Below are positions 8,355-14,949 of a stretch of 14,949 nucleotides of DNA, piece after piece (the first letter of the stretch is position 1; each line of letters begins with the position of its first letter). The stretch comes from Candidatus Iainarchaeum sp. (GTDB taxonomy: Archaea > Iainarchaeota > Iainarchaeia > Iainarchaeales > JAFCCJ01). The stretch is from positions 1 to 14,949 of the forward strand of contig JBDRHK010000067.1 in NCBI GenBank assembly GCA_043816965.1, in the 5' to 3' direction. The notes beneath the pieces are model-generated. The model saw nothing but the letters and a program-made list of their open reading frames with translations. It was not told the origin of the DNA and searched no databases. A program made the translations under genes and the position numbers.

Positions 8355-8420
8355 CTGAAGGGGCTAGCCGGCCCGGACTGCAAGAATTCGGTTTGATGGC
8401 TCGTCCGGAAAATGAAGCAA

Positions 8421-8750
8421 TTAGGCATAGGCGGGTTGTTTCTCTTTCTCTGACGCAGTTGACTCAACCATCGCAAGTTCCAGCGAAATCAATTGCTTGA
8501 CTGTTTTATTTTTAGTGTCAAGAGTGTATAAGGTGGCTTTGCCTATCTTTCGGCTGGGTTTGATTACCCCGAGTTCTGTGAGGCGTTTGGTGTATTTTTT
8601 TACAGTAAGTTTGTTTAGGCCCGTGTATCTTGCAACCTCTTTTTGTGCATAGTCAAAACCGATGTGCTCAATGAAATGATCCAGTATGCTCGTCAGCGGC
8701 GAAGACCCCATTAAGAGAGCCAAGTTTGATTCCTGCATTTTGTTCACCAA
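8421..8750 (-). CDS. Winged helix-turn-helix transcriptional regulator
   Basis: YAQKEVARYTGLNKLTVKKYTKRLTELGVIKPSRKIGKATLYTL; start is TTG 8750 or ATG 8738. Confidence 0.85.
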   Translation of the reverse strand: MVNKMQESNLALLMGSSPLTSILDHFIEHIGFDYAQKEVARYTGLNKLTVKKYTKRLTELGVIKPSRKIGKATLYTLDTKNKTVKQLISLELAMVESTASEKEKQPAYA

Positions 8751-8758
8751 TCTTTAAG

Positions 8759-8839
8759 ACTATTGTAAAAACTATTGAATTTACTATTGAAACCATAAGG
8801 GAAAAAGCTTAAAATACTATCCTTTAAAAGTATACTATT
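8759..8839. promoter_or_regulatory. Phased direct-repeat operator in a divergent promoter
   Basis: ACTATTG at 8759, 8771 and 8783 (exact 12-bp period), plus ACTAT at 8816 and ACTATT at 8834. Confidence 0.65.
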
Positions 8840-9127
8840 ATGTCCAAAGATCGGGAGATTCCCCTAAAAGCCCAGATTATTTTTAAGCTTGTCCGAAGAA
8901 GGCAGTGGGGAGGAAAGCATTCTGCAATTGATGAGTTGAAAAAAGGTTTTCCCCCGAATACTCATAATGAAATTCAATCGATTGCAGATGATCTTATCAG
9001 TAAGAACATGCTTTTGGTCAAGAAAGCATTTTACGGCACGCATGTTTCACTAAACTCTAAAAAGGCAAAGGAAATAAAAGAACTCATAACAAAACATTAC
9101 GGGGAGATTGCAAAGCCATATCTTTGA
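8840..9127 (+). CDS. Small basic hypothetical protein (probable winged helix)
   Basis: WGGKHS..ELKKGFP...YGTHVSLN, divergent from the wHTH gene. Confidence 0.75.
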   Translation: MSKDREIPLKAQIIFKLVRRRQWGGKHSAIDELKKGFPPNTHNEIQSIADDLISKNMLLVKKAFYGTHVSLNSKKAKEIKELITKHYGEIAKPYL

Positions 9128-9151
9128 AAAATTCCAAATATCTTAAAACAT

Positions 9152-9183
9152 TCGTATTGTAACGGTTGCTTAAAATTAACGGT
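9152..9183. repeat. Dispersed element, copy F (right half only)
   Basis: CTTAAAATTAACGGT (9169-9183) is identical to 4421-4435, with TCGTAT at the same upstream spacing. Confidence 0.65.
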
Positions 9184-9212
9184 TTTTGTGCTTTTTGGTA
9201 CAACTTTTTATT

Positions 9213-9587
9213 ATGGTTAATGAGAAAAAGTGGAAGGTCGTTATTCCGGAGAAAATCGTAAGGAAGATGGAGAAACTGCCTGAAAAGGACCAGAAAGAGT
9301 TAATGAAAGGGATAAAAAAATTATCTGAAAATCCTTATGCAGGCAAGCCGTTCAATGGCATTGAAATCAGGGCCTGGGAAAATGAAAAGTGCGAGTGCGA
9401 AGAACCTTTTCGCATGGTTCTGGAACTTGACGACAAGGAAGTACACTTTTCATGCAGAAAGGGAGCCTGTGATGAATCATTCTGGTGTACTAAAAACGAG
9501 CTCATTAAAGGAAGGAAGAAATACGTTAAGGACGCCCAAAATGTCGGAGAGAGCTTGAAATACAGGGATATTGAATTTGTTGAATGA
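9213..9587 (+). CDS. Protein with a RelE-like N-terminus and a Cys-rich (Zn-ribbon-like) C-terminus
   Basis: WKVVIPEKIVRKMEKLPEKDQKELMKGIKKLSENPYAGKP, then CxC...CxxxxC...C; start reassigned to ATG 9213. Confidence 0.65.
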   Translation: MVNEKKWKVVIPEKIVRKMEKLPEKDQKELMKGIKKLSENPYAGKPFNGIEIRAWENEKCECEEPFRMVLELDDKEVHFSCRKGACDESFWCTKNELIKGRKKYVKDAQNVGESLKYRDIEFVE

Positions 9588-9681
9588 AAAATAGAATCTG
9601 GTTATTTGGTCTGCTTCCATTTCTTTTTTTTCGCGATTTTTCTAAGTGACCACTAATATTTAAGGCGCTAAAATTTAAGGC

Positions 9682-9740
9682 AGGGCGGCCACTGTAAAAA
9701 ATAATGGCCTGCCCTAGAGCCCTCTCATGCAATCAGGGCT
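9682..9740. terminator. Two GC-rich hairpins just 3' of the precursor gene
   Basis: AGGGCGGCCA (9682-9691) / TGGCCTGCCCT (9705-9715) and AGCCCT (9718-9723) / AGGGCT (9735-9740), between convergent genes. Confidence 0.45.
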
Positions 9741-9744
9741 AATC

Positions 9745-9966
9745 TCATATCCTAATGTCCGAACTGGTAATAATATCCGTTGTTGCCGAATAGTCCTCAA
9801 GTTTTTCCGGAGTAAGTTCTGCAAGGCAGCCTTTTTCCTCCTCAGTAAGCTCCTTTTCGTAGTTTCTCATTGCCTCTTCGGCTGTTGTCTTATCCAGAAG
9901 CTTTACCCTGAATTCCTTGTCTGTCATCGCCCTTGCCAGAATCTCCTTTACAGATTTCAGTGTCAT
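9745..9966 (-). CDS. NHLP-clan (Os1348/Franean1_4349-like) RiPP precursor peptide, 73 aa
   Basis: VKEILARAMTDKEFRVKLL...AMRNY...LTEEEKGCL leader pattern; strong AGGAGGTGA Shine-Dalgarno (9972-9980) before ATG 9966; Ser/Thr-rich tail. Confidence 0.8.
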   Translation of the reverse strand: MTLKSVKEILARAMTDKEFRVKLLDKTTAEEAMRNYEKELTEEEKGCLAELTPEKLEDYSATTDIITSSDIRI

Positions 9967-9985
9967 TTTTTTCACCTCCTTATTT

Positions 9986-10999
9986 TTAAGCGTAAACAAC
10001 CTTGTTTGCCTTTACCGGGCATTCCCCCACAGACCATGTCTCAAGATTTGCCCGGTCGTTCATCTTCTCCAGAACTTTTTCTGACGCCTCCTTAAGGGAG
10101 TTTTCCCTTATGTTTCCAAGATAGGCATAGTCCTGGGGGCACGAACCATAGCAGCCATTGGATGTGTTTACAGTAACCATGTAAAACAGCCGGCAATATC
10201 CCTGCTCCCCTATGGAGTGGTCCTGCTCAGGATTCAGCAACAGGGCATATTTCATGGATTCCGCATGCTTTCTTGGGTCAACCCTCAAGTCCTCATTAAC
10301 TGAGGCACTTCCCCTGTAGTTGATTGCCTCCATCATCCATCTCGCATTGTTTTCTGTCGCAAACCTGGCAATGCTTACATATTCGTCAGTGTTCAGGGCG
10401 CTGCCAACTGTTGAAAAAAGCATCCTCACAAGTATTTCCTTCTCGTTTTCAGCAGCAGGCCTGCCGATGGATGTTTTTTTCAGGATTTTAATCGCCCCCA
10501 TGGTGCTTTTGTAGGCTCCTTTTCTCCCGGCAATCATATCGTATCTTTCTGGAATTCGGGAATCCAACTTAAGTGCAATGGATGTGTTGCAATTGGCCAG
10601 CTCTTCTGCCATCTCCTTATTCAGGTAAGAGCCATTGGTATAGATTAGTGGGACAATGCCTTGTTCATCTGCCCTTTTTACCAGCCTGGCAGTTTCATAA
10701 TACCTTCCAGGCGCAAGAGGTTCCCCTCCCGTAATCAGGAGGCCCTTTATGCCCAACTCTCCCGCATTATCTATGAGATTCAACTGCTCAGACAAATTCA
10801 ATGAATTTTCATTCTTCTTAATCCTTTCCTGCGGCGACCCTTCCAAACAGTATTTGCAGGCCCAGTTACAGGGCTGCAGTACGCCATTCAGGCCGAGATA
10901 AATTATCCTTTTCCCGAAAGGGAGGGTTTTCCCTTCAATCTCCTCCCTAAATGAAAGGCCATTGACCCTGAAACGTTTTAACCTATTTTGATTGCCCAT
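9986..10999 (-). CDS. Radical SAM enzyme with a Twitch/partial SPASM C-terminal domain
   Basis: CNWACKYC (CxxxCxxC), ITGGEPL, YTNG; C-terminal C...GCYGSCP...LGNIRENSLKE...C. Confidence 0.92.
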   Translation of the reverse strand: MGNQNRLKRFRVNGLSFREEIEGKTLPFGKRIIYLGLNGVLQPCNWACKYCLEGSPQERIKKNENSLNLSEQLNLIDNAGELGIKGLLITGGEPLAPGRYYETARLVKRADEQGIVPLIYTNGSYLNKEMAEELANCNTSIALKLDSRIPERYDMIAGRKGAYKSTMGAIKILKKTSIGRPAAENEKEILVRMLFSTVGSALNTDEYVSIARFATENNARWMMEAINYRGSASVNEDLRVDPRKHAESMKYALLLNPEQDHSIGEQGYCRLFYMVTVNTSNGCYGSCPQDYAYLGNIRENSLKEASEKVLEKMNDRANLETWSVGECPVKANKVVYA

Positions 11000-11034
11000 A
11001 AATTACCCCTTATGATATTGCTCATTTGAAGGAT

Positions 11035-11763
11035 TTATCCCTTTGTCGTACAATCTGCGACAACTTTATATCCAAAACCCTGAATAAACAAATATCGGGT
11101 GGGCTCAGATATGTTGATGTCTGATATTGCCATTTTTCCCAAATACTCCCGCATTTCCTCTGGGGAAAAAATCCGAAGGGTTTTGATTATTATATTCTCA
11201 TAATTTTCCTTAGTAATTTTTTCAAGAACCGGCATTTTGCTTTCCGGAATCCAGGCAATAATCTGAAAAGAGCCACCTGGCTTGAGGTGGTTTTCAATAT
11301 CTGACAGGATTTTTTCCAGAACCTTTGTTCCCTTCTCCCCGCCGGCAGAGTGGAGATAATAACCTGCTTCTTTCGGCACAGGTTCGAATGGGGGGTTTGC
11401 GGTTATCAGGTCAAACTTCATTCCTTTTACAGGCCCAAAGAGGTCGCCCTGCCTGAACTCAATCTTATTTTCGGTGCCATTCATTTTTGAGTTAAATTCA
11501 GCGAACAGCAACGCCCTTGGGTTGATGTCGGTTGCATAAACCTTGCCAGCCTTTTCCGCGGCAAAAATCGCTATTATGCCTGAGCCTGTGCATAGATCCA
11601 GGACATTGTCCCCTTTCTTAACGGCCAGTTTTTTGGCCAAGTAGGTGTTTTCATGACGAAGTGGGAAAACGGAATCCCATCTACCTGAATTCGGGTAATC
11701 GGTTGTTATAACCTTCCCTTTGTAGTGCCAAATTTTCCCCTCCTTTAGTGGCAGTAGCGTCAT
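11035..11763 (-). CDS. Class I SAM-dependent methyltransferase, HemK/PrmC-like (NPPF)
   Basis: VLDLCTGSGIIA, DINPRAL, GDLF, DLITANPPF, HLKPGG; ATGA overlap with the carbamoyltransferase. Confidence 0.92.
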   Translation of the reverse strand: MTLLPLKEGKIWHYKGKVITTDYPNSGRWDSVFPLRHENTYLAKKLAVKKGDNVLDLCTGSGIIAIFAAEKAGKVYATDINPRALLFAEFNSKMNGTENKIEFRQGDLFGPVKGMKFDLITANPPFEPVPKEAGYYLHSAGGEKGTKVLEKILSDIENHLKPGGSFQIIAWIPESKMPVLEKITKENYENIIIKTLRIFSPEEMREYLGKMAISDINISEPTRYLFIQGFGYKVVADCTTKG

Positions 11764-13499
11764 TTTTCACCCTCCTTGGATATCAGGTAATCACCGATTG
11801 CGAGATAGTCCAGGCCTGAATTGTAAAAGCATTCAAGCCCCTGTTCTATGCCGCAGGCAATCGGCTTCCCTGCATAGTTGAGTGAGGTGTTTATCAGAAG
11901 CGGCACGCCGGTTAATTTGTCAAACTCATTAATCAATTCATGAAACCTTTTGTTCTGGCTTTTGGCCACGGTCTGTGGCCTTGTCGTCCCATCAACATGG
12001 ACAACTGCCGGAATCTCGCCTCTTTTTTCTTTTCTAACGTCACAGGTGAAAAGCATGAATGGTGATTTTCCAATTCCGACAAAATATTCCCCGGCCCTTT
12101 CCTCCAGGACTGCGGGGGCAAGTGGCCTGAAGCCTTCCCTGCCTTTTATACTGTTGATGACATCCTTCATCCTGCGGTTTCTAGGGTCGGCAAGGATGCT
12201 CCTGTTTCCCAATGCCCTTGGGCCCCATTCCATCCTTCCCTGGAACCAGCCAACAATATTTCCACGGGAAATAAGTTCTGCGCATTTTTTGGCAATGTTC
12301 CTCTCTTTGCCATAAATGATTTTTGAGTTATCAAGTTTTTTCTCAATCTGCGGGGAATTAAATGATGGCCCTAGATAGGCATGTTCCATAACATAATTTC
12401 TTTTGTTGCAAAGAAGTGAATTATAAACATAAAGTGCCGCGCCGAGTGCACTTCCTGCATCATTTGCGGCAGGCTGGATAAAAATGTTTTTGAATTTAGA
12501 TTTTTCCCTTATTTTCTGGTTCATAAGGCAGTTCAGGGCAACCCCTCCTGCAAGGCAGAGGTTTTCTGATTCTGTTTCCCCATATAAATGGTCGAGAAGG
12601 TGCAACACAGTTTCCTCAAGAATTTTTTGGGCGCTTGCCGCAATGTCCTTGTGCCTCTGGGTGATTGGGGCGCCCCACAGCCTTGCCGGACCAAGAACTT
12701 TGTGCAGCTCACTGCAGCTAAAAAGAGAGTTTTTTTCAAAATCAATTTTAACCTTGTACTTGCCATCGGGCTTTAGCTGGACCAGTCCCTGGATCTCGTT
12801 ATAATACTTGGGTTTTCCGTAAGCGGCCAGGCCCATAACTTTGAATTCGTCATGATTCCTCTGGAAACCAAGCAACTGGGTTATCTCCTCATAAAAGAAC
12901 CCGAGAGAGTCGGGATATTGAAATTCCTCAACTTTGCTAATTTCATTCTCCCTGCCATGTGCAAGGAGAGTTGTGGCGGTTTCCCCAATGCCGTCAATGG
13001 ATAAAATTGCCGCCTCTTTAAATCTGGAGCAGAGGAATGCCCCTGCCGCATGGGCGAGGTGATGCTCGATTTGGTGAAATTTATAATTGGGCTCGCCGAT
13101 GGTAAGGAACCTCTTCCTGATTTCCTGCCTCTTCGGGGAATAGCTCCTGAGAAAAACCGGGATTCTTGAATTGAAAAAGAAGAGCCCAAGTTCCTTCTCA
13201 ATTTTACCCGAGTTCAGGGTAACAATCCATCTTGGAAAAAGGGGAAGTCTCCTTAACAGCCTTATTCCTGGCTTAAAGGAATATGCAATGTGGTCAATTT
13301 GGTTTATGGTGATTCCTTCCTTTGCAAGGCAATAATTAATGGAATTAAATGGAAGAATCCAGGAGCTGAATGGGTTTGCCTCCTTTCCGTGCCTTATGCC
13401 ATTGAACCTTTCCTCTTCAGCAGCCGCAACAAGCTTGCCGTTCTTCAGCAGGCATGCTGATGGTTCATGATAGGCAGAATTCAATCCCAATACATACAT
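11760..13499 (-). CDS. O-carbamoyltransferase, CmcH/NodU/TobZ family
   Basis: AAEEERF, EHHLAHA, DGIGE, GGVALNC, EWGPRALGNRSIL, HVDGTTRPQTV, NTSLN; ATG 13499 has a GGTGA Shine-Dalgarno at 13504-13508. Confidence 0.96.
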   Translation of the reverse strand: MYVLGLNSAYHEPSACLLKNGKLVAAAEEERFNGIRHGKEANPFSSWILPFNSINYCLAKEGITINQIDHIAYSFKPGIRLLRRLPLFPRWIVTLNSGKIEKELGLFFFNSRIPVFLRSYSPKRQEIRKRFLTIGEPNYKFHQIEHHLAHAAGAFLCSRFKEAAILSIDGIGETATTLLAHGRENEISKVEEFQYPDSLGFFYEEITQLLGFQRNHDEFKVMGLAAYGKPKYYNEIQGLVQLKPDGKYKVKIDFEKNSLFSCSELHKVLGPARLWGAPITQRHKDIAASAQKILEETVLHLLDHLYGETESENLCLAGGVALNCLMNQKIREKSKFKNIFIQPAANDAGSALGAALYVYNSLLCNKRNYVMEHAYLGPSFNSPQIEKKLDNSKIIYGKERNIAKKCAELISRGNIVGWFQGRMEWGPRALGNRSILADPRNRRMKDVINSIKGREGFRPLAPAVLEERAGEYFVGIGKSPFMLFTCDVRKEKRGEIPAVVHVDGTTRPQTVAKSQNKRFHELINEFDKLTGVPLLINTSLNYAGKPIACGIEQGLECFYNSGLDYLAIGDYLISKEGEK

Positions 13500-13569
13500 T
13501 TTTTCACCTATGATTTTCACCTATAAACTAGACATAATTAAATTTCCCTAAAATAATTACTGCTTCCCC

Positions 13570-13622
13570 TATATTTAACTAGGAGTTGTATAATTTACGA
13601 CAACAATTGCAAAGATTTAAAA
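13570..13622. promoter_or_regulatory. Divergent promoter with a candidate TrmB operator
   Basis: Minus-strand TTAAATATA (~13571-13579), plus-strand TTTAAAA (13616-13622), and imperfect inverted repeat GTTGTA-TAATT-TACGAC (13585-13601) between them. Confidence 0.4.
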
Positions 13623-13646
13623 GCAGTAAGGCCATATAATTTTGCT

Positions 13647-14390
13647 ATGCCGGAAGTCAACAAGCCCATTCTGAAACAGATGGGCCTCACCGAGAATGAG
13701 ATTGAAGTCTACTTAACCCTGTTGAGGGTCGGCTCCTCCTCGGTTTCCTCAATCGCAGAGCACAGCAGGCTCTACAGGCCCTATGTTTATGACACGCTCA
13801 AAAAACTGCAGGAAAAGGGCCTTATCAGCTCTGTGGGAAAGGAGGGGAAGAAATTTTTCCGCGCCGCAAAGCCTCAGAAACTTATGGACTTCCTGAAGGA
13901 CAAGGAAGCTGCGCTGGAAAGCATCATGCCCTCACTGGAATCGCTGATGAAAGCGCCAAAAGAGGATACTATTGTTGAGCTCTATAAAGGCAAGGGAGTA
14001 GTCAAGACTGTCCAAAGGGATGTCCTCAACACCCTTAATGAGAGCGGCGGCGAGAGTTTGGTCATAGGCGTTGACGAACAACGGTTCATGGATGCGGACC
14101 CGATTGCGATGGGCCAGTTCTTCAACGAAATGAAAAGGAACAAGATTGAGGAAAAGGTGCTGGTGAGGGAGGGCGACAATTATCTGCCTGCGCACAAGGA
14201 AACCACAAAATACCGGTTCATCTCCAAAGAATTCTTCAGCCCTATGTCAACGTTCATCTACGGCAACAAGGTGGCGATAATACTTTTCGGCGAGCCCCTG
14301 CACGGGCTGATAATAAAAAGCGAGCTCCTTTCCGAATCCTACAGGAAGCAGTTCCACCTTCTCTGGAAAACGGCGAAAACCGAAAAATAA
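13647..14390 (+). CDS. TrmB-family transcriptional regulator
   Basis: MGLTENEIEVYLTLL, RPYVYDTLKKLQEKGLIS, FRAAKP and a C-terminal domain IYGNKVAI...YRKQFHLLWK. Confidence 0.92.
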   Translation: MPEVNKPILKQMGLTENEIEVYLTLLRVGSSSVSSIAEHSRLYRPYVYDTLKKLQEKGLISSVGKEGKKFFRAAKPQKLMDFLKDKEAALESIMPSLESLMKAPKEDTIVELYKGKGVVKTVQRDVLNTLNESGGESLVIGVDEQRFMDADPIAMGQFFNEMKRNKIEEKVLVREGDNYLPAHKETTKYRFISKEFFSPMSTFIYGNKVAIILFGEPLHGLIIKSELLSESYRKQFHLLWKTAKTEK

Positions 14391-14393
14391 CCC

Positions 14394-14812
14394 CTAAAAC
14401 CTGGATTGCATTATAATCCCTGCCACAATCAGAACTAAACCAATTAAAGAGGATATTAATATTTCTTCGCTCAGCAAGAAAAAGATGTAAATTAGTGAAA
14501 TAAAGGGGGTCAAATAAATTATATTTGATATTTTTGCTGTGTCTCCATGTTTCAAGGCCAAGAACCAGAATAAGAAAGGTAATGCTGAAGCGAATATGCC
14601 CATCCATAACAAACCAACTAACTGAGAAAAATTTGGAATGAATAATTGTGAAGTCACTATTGAAAGAAGCAAGGTATAGATGAATCCAAATAAGTAGTAA
14701 AATGCGACGCTTGTTGTTTGGTCATAATCCTGCTTTTTGCCAAGTACTGAAAATAATCCATAAACTATTGCGCCAGAAATTGCCAATAGAACCCCGAAAA
14801 GGTTTCCAAAAT
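14394..14812 (-). pseudogene. 3' half of an EamA/DMT transporter, interrupted by an IS
   Basis: Only the second EamA repeat is present (GVLLAISGAIVYGLFSVLGKK...WFLALKHGDTAKISNIIYLTPF). The transporter-like sequence stops at the IS end. Confidence 0.75.
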
Positions 14813-14949
14813 GTGAACTACCTGCCGCTGAAGCGGCAGGCGTCGGTTGCTTAATTAAACTGCAGTAGTGTGGTCTGCGCGGGTTTCGGCTTTTCCGCTT
14901 TCCAGTGTTTTTGCTGGCTTTCTGTGACATATTTATGCATCGCTTCAGT
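14813..14949 (-). mobile_element. Right end of an IS200/IS605-family insertion sequence
   Basis: Minus strand: GACG-CCTGCCGC-TTCA-GCGGCAGG-TAGT-TCAC, a perfect subterminal hairpin (14821-14840) followed by a TCAC cleavage tetramer (14813-14816); GC content rises at the junction. Confidence 0.8.
14851..14949 (-). CDS. tnpA: C-terminus of a probable IS200-type TnpA (Y1 HUH transposase)
   Basis: My translation: ...TEAMHKYVTESQQKHWKAEKPKPAQTTLLQFN*. It resembles the catalytic Tyr helix (KY[IV]xxxQ), and the stop lies 10 nt before the right-end hairpin. Confidence 0.6.
   Translation of the reverse strand, partial: TEAMHKYVTESQQKHWKAEKPKPAQTTLLQFN

Noticed and set aside
8355..8420. GC-rich spacer as a tRNA or tRNA fragment
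   Set aside because: Only a CCGGAC/GTCCGG pair (8373-8378, 8403-8408); no cloverleaf or T-loop
2167..9183. Canonical integron attC array
   Set aside because: No consistent RYYYAAC/GTTRRRY boxes, genes in both orientations and no intI in the window; kept only as an analogy
11035..11763. NPPF enzyme as a restriction-modification DNA methyltransferase
   Set aside because: HemK-like size and layout, no evident target-recognition domain or nuclease partner, and coupled to a biosynthetic gene
11..14607. Many short antisense or alternate-frame ORFs in the track (e.g. 11..235, 1070..1453, 3911..4273, 7262..7714, 9727..10095, 11950..12315, 14254..14607)
   Set aside because: They shadow well-supported genes and have no recognisable motifs
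14813..14930. Basic N-terminus of the 178-aa ORF as a real transporter domain
   Set aside because: It is an alternative frame through the IS right end and probable tnpA tail

Overview
AT-rich accessory region, most likely from an archaeon. A DPANN-type lineage is inferred, not proven, from the TrmB regulator, TATA boxes ~25-30 nt before leaderless starts, GGAGG/GGTGA ribosome-binding sites and a PCNA-binding-like motif. From left to right: (1) a minus-strand arsR-arsP-arsE-arsF type organoarsenical/redox operon that runs off the left edge, with a perfect palindromic operator; (2) a ~7.5 kb mosaic of small unrelated genes (membrane proteins, lipoprotein, RHH/RelE toxin-antitoxin pair, YdeI/OmpD, GNAT, YbjQ, transglutaminase-like, wHTH proteins, RelE-like/Cys-rich protein), with many module boundaries marked by copies of one dispersed imperfect inverted repeat; (3) a compact minus-strand operon of carbamoyltransferase, NPPF-type methyltransferase, radical SAM/Twitch enzyme and a 73-aa NHLP-like precursor peptide, divergent from a TrmB regulator, which is a candidate undescribed archaeal RiPP pathway and the main finding; (4) an EamA/DMT transporter apparently interrupted by an IS200/IS605-family element whose right end and probable tnpA C-terminus lie at the right edge. 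All family calls come from motif recognition by eye; no searches were run.
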